Origin: an uncultured bacterium
GTDB lineage: Bacteria; Acidobacteriota; HRBIN11; JAKEFK01
Length of the DNA: 64,000 nucleotides
Direction of reading: 5' to 3'
NCBI GenBank assembly: GCA_963777505.1
Contig: CAVZQN010000008.1
Span: forward strand, 32,001 to 96,000
The notes beneath the pieces are model-generated. The model saw nothing but the letters and a program-made list of their open reading frames with translations, was not told the DNA's origin and ran no database searches. Numbering within the stretch: the first letter of the stretch is position 1; each line of letters starts with the position of its first letter. Both the position numbers and the translations under genes were made by a program. Below are positions 1 through 10,844 of the stretch, one piece after another.

Positions 1-472
1 CAGGATTTCGTGGATCAATTACCAGGCAACCCGCGGGAAGTCCTAACCGATCCACTAACGGACGCCAACTTGTGCCTCCATCTTCACTTTTCCAAAGACC
101 GCCTGACCCTGCTGCAGCCCATAACGTGCGCGAATCTTGAGGATGGATTACTAATGAGCGTGCACGCCCACCACGATCAAATGGACCTCTAGCGGTCCAG
201 ATTGGCGCAGATACAACACTGAGATCGCTGCGATTATTAAATTCCAAATTCGCATCAAGTTGACGCAATGCTTCAATACGTCCGTCAAATGGAATGCGCC
301 CTTGCTCATCGCGCATCACCCGCTCGCGCCATCGTGAGGCGGCTTCAGGACCTTCCTCACGTTCAGAGGATGAGTCCGTTTCTCCGGATGAACTTCGAAA
401 TTCAGATTGATGACTACAGGAAAAAGCGAACAAAACAAAAATGAATGCGATCAGAGAAAAATCCCATTTCAT
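1..472 (-). CDS. Secreted/lipoprotein with BNR/Asp-box repeats (VPS10/sortilin-like beta-propeller); 3' end runs off the window
   Basis: Manual translation from ATG at 472: MKWDFSLIAFIFVLFAFSC (lipobox-like) ... WTARGPFDRGGRARSLVIHPQD...GGLWKSEDGGTSW (Asp-box SxDGGxSW). Not in the ORF track because it is truncated. Confidence 0.8.
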   Translation of the reverse strand, partial: MKWDFSLIAFIFVLFAFSCSHQSEFRSSSGETDSSSEREEGPEAASRWRERVMRDEQGRIPFDGRIEALRQLDANLEFNNRSDLSVVSAPIWTARGPFDRGGRARSLVIHPQDSRTLWAAAGSGGLWKSEDGGTSWRPLVDRLGLPAGCLVIDPRNP

Positions 473-585
473 GTGAAAAAACGGTATTTTCGTCATCAAT
501 TCCTTCACACTGATGTGAATTTTTGAGCATTAGTATTTCGTGACATTTTGCTGGAGCTATCCAGGAGTGGGCGGCGTAGAGAAAA

Positions 586-1155
586 TTATTCAGACTTTGA
601 GCCGGTGAAGTGATCCTCTTTATCCTTAAACAGGACATTGAAAGTTGTGAGAGTTCCGTAACAACGCGTAATGTACTGCTGAAGCGAAACTTTTTCGGCG
701 TCATTTAACTTTTCGTTCGAATTAATTTGTTGTTCCAAAACTCGAAGGCGATCGCGAAGCATTACTATTTTGTGAAAAAATATTTCGATTGGAACTTCTT
801 TTTCCTGGGTTCCTGGTTTTCCGGGACGCATAATCAAAGTACCGCCTTGCCAACGATCACCGATTTGCGAAGATCCCGTTTCCATTTCTTCACGGACAAC
901 CGAACGGATAAAGGCGCGAAGTTCATCTTCCGGCACTGTGAACTCTCGATTTAAGCTTGGCGCAGCATCTCCACGTAAAGCTCGTAACGGTGCGGCGGGA
1001 ACGGCTTGTGGGGGCCTGTAATTGCGGGAAGTCTGGCAATAGGTGCAATTTACGCGATCGATTGTGCCATCGGGTGCCAGCGAATCAATCCTGCAGCGGC
1101 GGCTCACTTTACATTGTCCACACCATGCTTCAACTTCCTGTCCAACTTCGTACAT
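586..1155 (-). CDS. Hypothetical protein, N-terminal zinc ribbon plus conserved-looking helical C-terminal domain
   Basis: 189 aa ORF; CGQC and CTYC pairs; starts 3 nt after the upstream gene's stop. Confidence 0.7.
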   Translation of the reverse strand: MYEVGQEVEAWCGQCKVSRRCRIDSLAPDGTIDRVNCTYCQTSRNYRPPQAVPAAPLRALRGDAAPSLNREFTVPEDELRAFIRSVVREEMETGSSQIGDRWQGGTLIMRPGKPGTQEKEVPIEIFFHKIVMLRDRLRVLEQQINSNEKLNDAEKVSLQQYITRCYGTLTTFNVLFKDKEDHFTGSKSE

Positions 1156-1158
1156 GAA

Positions 1159-2007
1159 TCACTCCTTCGAAACTGCTTCGGAATTCCAAATTTCATTTGC
1201 GAGATCTGAGATCAGCTTGTAGCCATCTTCTTCCTTCTTTACCCCACGTGTCATGATCACCATGATCCAGCGATTTCCTTTTTTATCTTGAATGATTGCA
1301 GAATCATGATTGATTTCAGTAATCCATCCATCTTTACTTGCGACTTTTAATCCTTTCTCTTTTGCCTTCAGTCCATTATGAATTCCGGCAAGTGATGTCT
1401 GCGATAACAGAATATTGATCATTTGATTGCGCGATGTGTCTTTGAAAATCTTGGGATCCAAGATTGCTTTATAGCACATTCCAAGAGCTCGGGCGGAAGT
1501 TCGATTGTTTTTACCGGCTTCATACGCTTTTATATCTTCTACACCGCGAAGAACCAGCATATCCTTTGCGCCAATTTCTTCCATCAGTTTATTAACGTTT
1601 TCTGGCTTCACAATTGAAATCACAATATTTGTTGCAAGATTGCTGCTCTTATTAATCATTCTCACTATCAAATCCCGCACGGTCATTGGCTGGCCAATGA
1701 GATTGTAAATTTCTTTATCGCTATCTTCTTCGGGTGTCAGGGAATAAGGTGAACCATCCTGAATACTTATGAACTCATTTTTTATTGTCACCGAAGCATC
1801 AAGGCTCAGTTCATTTTTTTCTGACTGTCTGAATGCTTCCATCATGACAGGCACTTTCATAGTGCTGGCAGCATGGAAAACTTCATCAGCATTATGTTGA
1901 AAGACACTCCCGTCAGGACGTTCAAAATAGATACCGATTGATTGCGCTCCGTATTGCTGTGGAAGCGCGCTCAACCACAAAGCAACAAACAGTAAGAATA
2001 TTTTCAT
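1159..2007 (-). CDS. Secreted serine hydrolase, class A beta-lactamase-like
   Basis: Signal peptide; ASTMK (SxxK), SSN loop, KDG in place of KTG. Confidence 0.85.
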   Translation of the reverse strand: MKIFLLFVALWLSALPQQYGAQSIGIYFERPDGSVFQHNADEVFHAASTMKVPVMMEAFRQSEKNELSLDASVTIKNEFISIQDGSPYSLTPEEDSDKEIYNLIGQPMTVRDLIVRMINKSSNLATNIVISIVKPENVNKLMEEIGAKDMLVLRGVEDIKAYEAGKNNRTSARALGMCYKAILDPKIFKDTSRNQMINILLSQTSLAGIHNGLKAKEKGLKVASKDGWITEINHDSAIIQDKKGNRWIMVIMTRGVKKEEDGYKLISDLANEIWNSEAVSKE

Positions 2008-4745
2008 GGTTTTAGGTAAAACATTTCATCTGCCGGCCGTACTGGACGAGTAAGCCACAGCGGACGTCTTAGATTATCCGGGCCTGGTCCCGGACGAGTC
2101 ATTGCAAGCCATTCTTTGTATATCGCAAACGACTTATTGGTATCAACAAAAATATCGCCATAGCGATCTTCATCGGTTGTTTTTTCAAGACGAACCTTTT
2201 GGTGCCAGCAATGCATTCCACTGATCGGATCAGGATGGACAGGAAACGTTAAGTTTTGATGAACGCCACCATCGCTCCACCAGATGCGCGATGAATCGGG
2301 ATCTTCACTTTTAAATGGCTTAACGCCTTCTAGTTGTCTTATTTTGTAAGCTCCATTTCCATTGTCTTCAATTTTCACAAGCGCAGACGCCCAACGGCTT
2401 CCTTGATCTTGTTCCAATCGCCAGCGTCCCATATGATGCGAACAAGCAAGCACTCCCGGACGAATTCCTTCAGTGCTCCAAACGCGATTTACAAAGTAAC
2501 CAATTTCGGTATGAGCTTTCACAAGATCGCCATCCTTTAAACCAAGCCGATGCGCATCCGATGTATGCATCCAAATTGGATTTCGATGTGAAATTTCAGT
2601 CAACCATTTCGCATTACCTGAGCGCGTATGAATCATGGTTGGAAGTCGAAAAGTTGGAATTAAGAAAAATTCATTCTTTGCAGAATCGACATTATCACGC
2701 GTTATATGACTGCGAATGTACATTGGAATCGTATACTCAGGCCAATTCCATGTTTTCATCGTTGGCGAGTAAAACTCAAGCTTTCGTGAAGGAGTTGGAA
2801 AACCACGATAAATCTGTTCACCAATTTTTATGCCGACTGACGCTTTTCCTTTTTTAACGATTCCACTTTCAGGAATGACTTCGCAATCATCCGGTGCAAC
2901 CGGCGTTAAATGCTGTTGATATACGTCTTCTTGAATTTCAAATGCGCCATATTTCCTCATGTATTCAAGAGGCGCAAGTCCTTCTTTGGCTGATTTCTCC
3001 GGAAGTCCAGGAACTGAATTTTCAAAAATCCATCGATAATATTCATCGACTCTTAGCTTTCGGCCTGATTCATAAGGTGATTCAAAATATTTTCGGATGC
3101 CAAGATCGCCAGTTGGATCGATATGCCATGACAATTCGATCCAGAATTCATCTTCTTCCCAAACTTTGCCGGGGTTTGCTTCATATGTGAAATTTACTTT
3201 TTCTCCCATCCGTTCTTTTGCGACACGCATTACAGGCTGTCTGAATGAAACCCAGCGTCCTGCATGTGTTTCCTGACTTTGAATATCATGACGTTCACCG
3301 GCATGTCCCATTGGCAAAACGTAATCAGCAAACAGCGCAGTTTCACTCCAGGTTGGTGTAAGGGCTATATGAAGTCCAACTTTGGATTCATCTTTCAGCA
3401 TCTCCATCCATGAAAACCCATCGGGATTTGTCCAGACAGGATTGTAAACGCGCGTAAAGTAGACTTCGAGGTGGCCGCGTCCTTCTTTCAGGAAATGTGG
3501 AAGCAAGAAACTCATTTCATAATGAGAAAGCGGATACTCATCAGGAAATAAAAGTTGATTCCAAAACTTTTGACCAGGCGGTTCAAGCCAGAATGTGGGA
3601 TTGTATTTTGTCCATGTATTTGGAAGTACACCACCAAGCGTTCCGATACTGCCTGTTAATACGTGTAAAAACTCAAGACAGCGTGCTACATTCCAACCGC
3701 CTAAATTTCCAGATGCAGTACTTCGCCAGATATGGGCAGCAAATGAACTTCCTGCACGCGCGATCTCACGCGCAATCTTTACTGTTGTTGCGGCTGGAAT
3801 TCCTGATTCTCTTTCAGCATAAGCCGGCGTGAATTCGGAATAAACTTTTTTGATTGCAGTAATGAAATTTTCAAATGTTGGTTCCGATTCAGAATGTTCC
3901 GCCTTGAGATACTCCTGCCAGTTGACCCAATCTCTCACGAAATTGCGATCGTACAATTCCTCTTCGAGCAAAACATTTGCGATTGCCAGCAGTAAGGCAG
4001 ATTCAGTTCCAGGATATGAGGGAAGCCAGTAGTCCGCCATCGAAGCAGTATTAGAAAGACGTGGATCGATGACTGCGAGCTTTGCGCCAGCCATTTTGGC
4101 TTCAATGATACGTTGTGCATGTGGATTGAAATAGTGTCCTGATTCAAGATGAGCACTTAGCAACAAAATGAATCGTGCATTTGCATAATCTGGTGATGGA
4201 CGATCTGATCCTTGCCAGAGTTGATAACCAAGCCGCGCAGATGATGAACAAATGTTTGTGTGGCTATTATGCCCATCGATGCCCCACGCTTTCAGCACAC
4301 GATCCATGTAACGTTCATGACCGGGACGACCGACATGATACATAATTTCATTTTGACGTCCCTCACGCATTGCGGTGGAAATTCGCGATCCAATGTCTTC
4401 AAGCACTTCATGCCAATCAACACGTGTCCACTTCCCTTCACCACGTTTTCCTGCGCGCTTCAAGGGATAGAGAATGCGTTCTGGATCCTTGATTTGATTG
4501 ATTGTAGCCGGACCTTTCGCACAATTTTTGCCGCGGCTACCCGGATGAATTGGATTGCCTTCAAACTTCTGAATCTGCATTGTGTCTTTGTCTACATAAG
4601 CAAGCAATCCACATGCAGCTTCGCAATTGAAACAAATTGTGGGGACGAGTGTGTAACGCCGCTGAACTTTACGCGGCCATGCCTTCGCGTCTAATTCAAC
4701 CCAATCATCCCATTTTTCAACTGGCGGATAATCTTTTAATTCCAT
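2004..4745 (-). CDS. Molybdopterin (bis-MGD) oxidoreductase catalytic subunit
   Basis: CFNCEAAC...C 4Fe-4S motif, NCAKG, HTNICSSS, C-terminal HTRSGN molybdopterin dinucleotide-binding region. Confidence 0.92.
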   Translation of the reverse strand: MELKDYPPVEKWDDWVELDAKAWPRKVQRRYTLVPTICFNCEAACGLLAYVDKDTMQIQKFEGNPIHPGSRGKNCAKGPATINQIKDPERILYPLKRAGKRGEGKWTRVDWHEVLEDIGSRISTAMREGRQNEIMYHVGRPGHERYMDRVLKAWGIDGHNSHTNICSSSARLGYQLWQGSDRPSPDYANARFILLLSAHLESGHYFNPHAQRIIEAKMAGAKLAVIDPRLSNTASMADYWLPSYPGTESALLLAIANVLLEEELYDRNFVRDWVNWQEYLKAEHSESEPTFENFITAIKKVYSEFTPAYAERESGIPAATTVKIAREIARAGSSFAAHIWRSTASGNLGGWNVARCLEFLHVLTGSIGTLGGVLPNTWTKYNPTFWLEPPGQKFWNQLLFPDEYPLSHYEMSFLLPHFLKEGRGHLEVYFTRVYNPVWTNPDGFSWMEMLKDESKVGLHIALTPTWSETALFADYVLPMGHAGERHDIQSQETHAGRWVSFRQPVMRVAKERMGEKVNFTYEANPGKVWEEDEFWIELSWHIDPTGDLGIRKYFESPYESGRKLRVDEYYRWIFENSVPGLPEKSAKEGLAPLEYMRKYGAFEIQEDVYQQHLTPVAPDDCEVIPESGIVKKGKASVGIKIGEQIYRGFPTPSRKLEFYSPTMKTWNWPEYTIPMYIRSHITRDNVDSAKNEFFLIPTFRLPTMIHTRSGNAKWLTEISHRNPIWMHTSDAHRLGLKDGDLVKAHTEIGYFVNRVWSTEGIRPGVLACSHHMGRWRLEQDQGSRWASALVKIEDNGNGAYKIRQLEGVKPFKSEDPDSSRIWWSDGGVHQNLTFPVHPDPISGMHCWHQKVRLEKTTDEDRYGDIFVDTNKSFAIYKEWLAMTRPGPGPDNLRRPLWLTRPVRPADEMFYLKP

Positions 4746-4779
4746 AATTTTTTACCACAAAGGCTCAGAGTCTCGGCGG

Positions 4780-6256
4780 TTAAGAAAGCGGGACAACTTG
4801 TCCGGCTTTCACCCACACCTTTTCGTAAAGCAAGAGTCCGATCATCGCGACCAAACCGGATAAGCCGATTTCATGAAACAGGAGTCCAATGAAGGGCAGG
4901 ACGATTCCGATCAGAATCCCGCCGATCCAAAACAAATTATTTTTCTTCATATATTTGGCAGCGATTTTTGCATCTTGAGTTGAATGCACGGCTGTCAAAT
5001 CGAACAAAATTATCAATGCGTGAACCGCAAGCGAAACCATCAGGATCATACGAATATGCGGTGTTGCATCATTCAAAACGCACATGCAAGCTGCGCCCGC
5101 CAAACCGGCCATCACTAATAGATGAACACTAAATAGCGGACTTTGCCAGAAGTCACGTCCTTTTGCTTGTCCAAATAAAAATGCGCTGTAGACAGCAGAC
5201 GCTGCGCCGAATAACGCTGTCAAAGGAATTAGCAGACTGCATAATATTTCTGAAAGGCACAAGCACTTCAAATAAAAAACATAACGAAACTAATCCACCG
5301 AATCCCATCAGAATGAAAGCGCCACGCGTTAGCCAGCTTCTCCATTGAGGGCGTAACACAATCCAATGGAATCGTGCAGGCTGTTTTAAATCGCTGATCA
5401 AGAGAACTGTTGTTAAAACAAGAAAGAAAAGTGAAGCGATGATTTCCAGAGTTGTAAACCTTAATGTGCCGGTGATCGCGCTGATCAGCAATGCGACCAA
5501 AGGAATGCCGGCTGAGATTGACTTCGTCCAAAGATACGCAGCTACAGGAAAGCCCCAGGAATCAGTGTGAGATTGTCCTTGATCATAAACGCGCCGCGCT
5601 TCCGATTCAGCTTCCTCGAGTCGTGGAGGCGCAATTTGATATACACGTTTAGGAATTTCACTCCATAAATATCCTTCTGGAGTTGTTGAATATGTTGGAT
5701 TTAATGAAGCTTCATCGCCTTCGATGTAATACACCTGTGGATTGGTTCCTTTTTCAGGTTTGCGTACTTGTACTGGAAGCCGTGCGAGCATTTGCGCGAT
5801 CTCGGTTCCAGAATCCTCCATATCACCTGCAATGATTGCATGTTCAGGACAGACTGTAACGCAAGGTGGCTGCAATTCAACAGCAACGCGATGTGCGCAA
5901 TAATTGCATTTCGCTGCGGTATTCGTGTCAGGATTCAGGTAAATCGCATCATATGGACACGCCTGCATACATGCTTTGCAGCCGATACAGCGATCACCGT
6001 CAAAATCCACGATGCCATCTTTCCGTTTCCACAATGCAGTCACAGGGCAAATTTCAACGCATGGCGCATCTGCACAATGGTTGCATCGTTGGACTGAGAA
6101 AACCCGGCGCGTATTCGGGAACGTGCCTTTTTCGATGTATTTTACCCAGGTTCGATTCACGCCAATCGGAAGATCATGCTCCTGCTTGCAAGCAACTGTG
6201 CAGGCATGACATCCGATACATTTCCGGTTATCGATGATAAATCCAAAATTGGTCAT
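4780..6256 (-). CDS. Fused 4Fe-4S dicluster (DmsB/NrfC-like) and NrfD/PsrC membrane anchor; apparent frameshift near 5250
   Basis: CIGCHACTVAC, CNHC, CIGCKACMQACP, CNYC then TM helices (DLKQPARF). ORF 5153..6256 continues in ORF 4780..5271. Confidence 0.85.
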
Positions 6257-6307
6257 GAATGCATTATAGATTTGATCGTTGATCAGACAAAGATATATAC
6301 TCAGTAT

Positions 6308-6997
6308 ATGAAATCTTTAAGATTCCTAGCACTACTCTGGCTATTTTCGTTTCCTGCCTTTGCTGGCGTATCAGAGATAGTCGTAGAGAACGGCCGAATC
6401 ACGGCAAGTTTTACGTCACAGCCGTTAAGTGAGGCCATTGAAATTATTAGAAAACAGAGTGGTGTCCATATTTCGGTCGATGAGGCAGTCGCCAATGAAA
6501 GTGTTTCAGCCAATTTCAAAGATTTGCCGCTCGCGATTGGAATCAAAAAACTTTTGGAAGGAACGGGAATCAATTACGCAGTTATCGCAGGCGCTGATGG
6601 AATTCCAAGCGCTGTTCTTATTAGTGGAAGTGAAAAGCCTGGTGCGCCACCCAAGAAACTTGATACCCGTCCGACTTCATCTCCAGGTGGATATCAGTCG
6701 CGAGGTGTTGTAACTCCTGTAAATCCAGCGCCACCACCGCAGCAACCAGCACCGGCTCCATCGAAACAAACGAAACAGCCTCAAGCAGGAAACGCTTCGC
6801 CGAATCCGAATCCAAATCCAAATCAGCCTCAGCCTTTTCAACCGGCTATGCCAAAGTTTGATCCGAATAATGTTCCAACAGGGGGCACGCTTGTTCCAAG
6901 CGCAACGCCGACAATGCCGCCACCCGACAATAATGTAGACCCTCGTACTAACGTGAATCAAAACGCGGAAGATGACGAGGATGACGAAGAAGAATAA
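6308..6997 (+). CDS. Secreted protein with STN/secretin N0-like domain, Pro/Gln-rich tail and acidic C-terminus
   Basis: Signal peptide MKSLRFLALLWLFSFPAFA; QPLSEAIEII...VSANFKDLPL pattern. Confidence 0.6.
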   Translation: MKSLRFLALLWLFSFPAFAGVSEIVVENGRITASFTSQPLSEAIEIIRKQSGVHISVDEAVANESVSANFKDLPLAIGIKKLLEGTGINYAVIAGADGIPSAVLISGSEKPGAPPKKLDTRPTSSPGGYQSRGVVTPVNPAPPPQQPAPAPSKQTKQPQAGNASPNPNPNPNQPQPFQPAMPKFDPNNVPTGGTLVPSATPTMPPPDNNVDPRTNVNQNAEDDEDDEEE

Positions 6998-7000
6998 GTC

Positions 7001-8264
7001 CTAGAACCGAATCCAATCCAATAAAGTTGAATCCTTTCCATTGAATGCTGTTTTCTTAATGTAAGAACGTAGCATTTCACTTTTGTTTGAAAGATGAATC
7101 GGCAGTGAAGTCGGCTTGAATTGGCTTTTACGTTGTAATGCGGTTTCAATCAGTTCTTGATATTTTTCCAGCATTTGGTCCGGACGATGATGCGATTGCA
7201 TGTAGCTGCGAGCCCTGTGCCCCGATCCTTGCACGCAATTTTGGATCTTCAATCAATTGCCAGAGATGTTGAAATAATTCCACCTTTTCATTTTCAGGAC
7301 GAATCCTGATGACACAATCGTTTGGAATTTCCATCAAATGTTTTAAGCGGCTCATCAACACAGGCTTGCCAAGAGCCATAGCGCGCAAAAGTGTCGCTGA
7401 CATTTCTCTTGCGGTTGGATAACGCAAATTGATAATGATGTCGGCTTGCTGCATCAAACGATGAAACTCTTCCTTACTTGTGTGCCCTCGAATTACAACG
7501 ATGTCCTGCAATTTCCTTGCGACAATTTCTTCGCGAAGATCATAGTGTTCAGCAACTTTACCAACAACTTCATATCGAAGTTTCGGATAAAACTGCCGGA
7601 GTTCTTGAAGAACTTTAAGTACGGATGAAATCCGTTTTTCTGGTGTAACAAAACCAAATGAAGCAATTGTTACTTCATCGTGACTCGTATTGTGAGTGTT
7701 TTCAGCAACGCTGACAGCCATCGGAATTTTGATCGCTGGTACACCGAACTTTTGGAGTTGTGTAACACCCCAATCCGTATGCGCACCTACACTAAGGGAA
7801 TTTTCAGCAACTAATCGTAAAAAGGGGAACGAATACAAAAGCGAATCGCTTCCCATTCCTGTGGGCACAAGTTCTGAAACGACGGGCTCTTCAGAGTGCA
7901 CGTATTTCGCTTCTTCTCGATATTCATCAAATAATCCCCGTTGAAGCAACATTTTTGCGCGTGAATGATGAAGACAAAGATCATGAAAAACCGTTGCTCC
8001 TGGAAATTGAAATAAATAACCGTACATCGGCTCATGCAGCAATGCATTTCCGAGTTGATATAAATTCAAATCATAAGGATGGCGGCGATTGCGGAATAAG
8101 AAATCGCCATGTGGGTAAACATTTTCTCGATCGAGATCAATGTTGTGGAAAACGTCGATGTCGTAATGTTTGCGTAATAAAGGAAGGAGTTCTTCATCGT
8201 AATCGGAAATACCCGATGAAATTGGATTTAATGGACCGAAAAACGCGATTCGTTTTTTGTGCAC
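7001..8264 (-). CDS. Glycosyltransferase family 4; apparent frameshift near 7215
   Basis: GPLNPISSGISDY, YQLGN, EMSATLLRAMALGKP; C-terminus continues in ORF 7001..7252. Confidence 0.85.
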
Positions 8265-8265
8265 T

Positions 8266-9324
8266 TTAACCACAGCAAAAGGCACTGAGCAAAGTATCCA
8301 GAGCTGTATCCCAATTGATGAATTGAATCCGCTGTCTGCCTGCCTCACCGCGTCGTTTTGCTTCTGCTTGATTTGTCAAAGCTTGCTGAATCGAAACGGC
8401 AATTGCTTGCGGATCAGGATCACTCACCCAACCGGTTGTATCATCTACAAACTCTAGGATCCCGCCGGAATCGTTGCATGTAATCACAGGCTTTGAGGCG
8501 TAAAAAGCTTCTAATGTCGCATAACCATAATCTTCGCCAACCGGTCCATAAAAAAGAGCGCCGGCCTGGGAATAATATTGAATCAATTCATCGCGTGAAA
8601 TTGCGCCGGTAAAAACAATCCGATCCGAAACTTTATGCACGCCCGCGAGCCATTCATATTCTTTTCGTAAATAACCGTCACCAACAATGACAGCTTTATA
8701 ATCAGATGAAACATATTGCATCGCTTCTATTAACAATTTCACCCGTTTATTTCCTTCAAGTCGCGACACACTTAAGACAAATTTATCCATAGATGAAAAA
8801 TGAAACTTTTCAGCATCATCCAGCGGCGGATAAATCGGAGTGCTGTCAAAATTATTAAAGTTTTTCAGGCGTTTGGAAACTGTTTTTGAAATTGAAAAAA
8901 TTTTCTGGGTTTCGGAAAATGCAAGATGATCCAGTTCGATTAATTGATCACGGACTTGCACATGATTTGAAGTGGCCTGGAATCCTGAATAAATCGTATC
9001 GTGAAGATCGTAAATTTCTCTATATTGGTGAACAAGCCAGACGATCTTACGTTTATGAGGAACCATATACGATGGAAATTTGGTTCCGATAACCAGATCG
9101 ATTTCATCGTTGTAGATTCGATCCAGATTTAACAAACGCCATGCGAGACAACCTTTGACAACTTCTTCAACCGGTAACGTTTGCAATGGCAGCTGCACAT
9201 TTTCCACTTCATAGGATCTGGCGCGAAGCCGGTTCACAAGATTTTGTGTGAAATACTCTGCTCCGCCTTTTACAAAAGGGATTTGAACAGAGCACACGCA
9301 AATTTTTCGGATTGGCGGCATCAC
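8266..9324 (-). CDS. Glycosyltransferase family 4
   Basis: GGAE, SRLEGNKR, EDYGYATLEA motifs. Confidence 0.9.
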   Translation of the reverse strand: MMPPIRKICVCSVQIPFVKGGAEYFTQNLVNRLRARSYEVENVQLPLQTLPVEEVVKGCLAWRLLNLDRIYNDEIDLVIGTKFPSYMVPHKRKIVWLVHQYREIYDLHDTIYSGFQATSNHVQVRDQLIELDHLAFSETQKIFSISKTVSKRLKNFNNFDSTPIYPPLDDAEKFHFSSMDKFVLSVSRLEGNKRVKLLIEAMQYVSSDYKAVIVGDGYLRKEYEWLAGVHKVSDRIVFTGAISRDELIQYYSQAGALFYGPVGEDYGYATLEAFYASKPVITCNDSGGILEFVDDTTGWVSDPDPQAIAVSIQQALTNQAEAKRRGEAGRQRIQFINWDTALDTLLSAFCCG

Positions 9325-10730
9325 TTAATCGCGTAAATTGCAAATTCTTGAGGAGCAAAGAGGAGTTGATTCAGTTTCGACATATTGTGATTGAAAATTT
9401 CCTGAGCTTCATTGGATGGCTCACTAAATAATCTTAATTGCTGTACCGCCGGGACCGGACTCTTGAAAAGGATTTGAGTTTTACGGAATCCGCAAGCATT
9501 CACCATAAACTCCAACGTCTCAGGATGAATCGGGGTTGAGTGAGTTAAATCACGCGAAAACACTTGAGTCAGCGCAAACACCGACGCGATGTTTACGGTT
9601 TCAAGCAGAATCGGCGCATCGGGTTTTAATCTTGAAAATGCAGCTTCGAGCAATCGAAGAAGAATTTCAGGAGGTAAATGTTCAACCACCTGGGAGCAAA
9701 AAATTCCACCCAATGAATTTTCGGGCTGTGCCAATAAGAACTTCAACAGGTCACCCTGGGAAACATCCAGCCCCAATTCTTTGCATTTCTGGACCATCAT
9801 CTGATTTGAGTCCACACCTTTTGCAGGAACTTTTGCTTCCTTCATTAATTCAAGAAATTCACCACGGCCGCATCCAAGATCCAGAACCGGCGCATTTAAT
9901 GAAGTCTGGAAGTAAGAAACATATTCACGGAACTTGTCTTTGAGCCATTCACGACTTCCACGAAAACGTTCCTCAAAAAAAAGGTATCGAGATTCTTCAG
10001 TACCTGGCGACGCCTTTCCTGCTTCTCTTGCGCTGCTCCATGCGGCTGCAACATGCTGCAAAGAACGCAATGAGGTTTCAAGAGATCGAATTGTTTTGTC
10101 GCGTTCCTGGCCATCCACTTCCTGGCTCTCCATTCGTTGATCAAGCAATTTAAACAAAGCATCCGTATGCAGACGTGCAGCTTCTTGAGTCCGGGTATGA
10201 AGCTCAAAAATTTCCTTTCCAAAACGAGAAATTTCACTTTGGAACTTATTCAAATTAACTGCGACATTTCGATCTTCAATACCGATGACTTCACGATTTT
10301 TTGTATCGACAACAGGAATGATTTTTTGGAAGTAAAGAATTAAGGTGTTATGAAAATCACGGATGGATAAAAATGCTTGACTACTTGCAGCAATGAATTC
10401 ATTCAGAATATGAACAACACGCGAATTAAATTCTTTTTGCTCGGTTACTACTGGACCGATGTAACGCGCATTTGCACTCGCAACTTCTTTCCAAAAAACA
10501 CGATCTTCACTATGAAATGCATTGAATGCTTCGCGTGAAATATCCCAGGATCGATTCAATGCTTCTTTGATTTGATCGAGTTGTTCGGAAAATTCGGTTG
10601 GCAGCGGAAAGTTGCCTCTCTGATCCAGCACGGTCAGCAGTTTTCCGTATTCCTCTTCTTCCTTTTGACGAAGGATTGTAAGCTGTTTTAGTTTTTCGTG
10701 AAGCTCATCAATTGGATCGTGTTCACTCAT
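9321..10730 (-). CDS. Coiled-coil plus class I SAM-dependent methyltransferase (surface-glycan methyltransferase-like)
   Basis: FEERFRGS, VLDLGCGRGE, QVVEHL; long helical N-terminus. Confidence 0.85.
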   Translation of the reverse strand: MSEHDPIDELHEKLKQLTILRQKEEEEYGKLLTVLDQRGNFPLPTEFSEQLDQIKEALNRSWDISREAFNAFHSEDRVFWKEVASANARYIGPVVTEQKEFNSRVVHILNEFIAASSQAFLSIRDFHNTLILYFQKIIPVVDTKNREVIGIEDRNVAVNLNKFQSEISRFGKEIFELHTRTQEAARLHTDALFKLLDQRMESQEVDGQERDKTIRSLETSLRSLQHVAAAWSSAREAGKASPGTEESRYLFFEERFRGSREWLKDKFREYVSYFQTSLNAPVLDLGCGRGEFLELMKEAKVPAKGVDSNQMMVQKCKELGLDVSQGDLLKFLLAQPENSLGGIFCSQVVEHLPPEILLRLLEAAFSRLKPDAPILLETVNIASVFALTQVFSRDLTHSTPIHPETLEFMVNACGFRKTQILFKSPVPAVQQLRLFSEPSNEAQEIFNHNMSKLNQLLFAPQEFAIYAIK

Positions 10731-10768
10731 GAGACTTCCGAAAACGCAAGAATAAAAGGTGTCTGCGG

Positions 10769-10844
10769 TTTGTAACGCTGGCCTCAGGCAGGCAGAGCTC
10801 GAGCTGAATCATAGTTTGGCCGGCGGGGACGCCAGCGTTACAAA
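10769..10844. repeat. REP-like inverted repeat (GTAA-type)
   Basis: Perfect 14-bp IR tttgtaacgctggc / gccagcgttacaaa. Confidence 0.7.

Noticed and set aside
10-192. Short antisense or overlapping ORFs from the six-frame track, such as this one
   Set aside because: They shadow longer, motif-bearing genes and have no recognizable features
2004-4745. Selenocysteine-containing formate dehydrogenase
   Set aside because: Open frame without internal UGA; Cys-type ligand segment; lacks the FDH C/U-H motif
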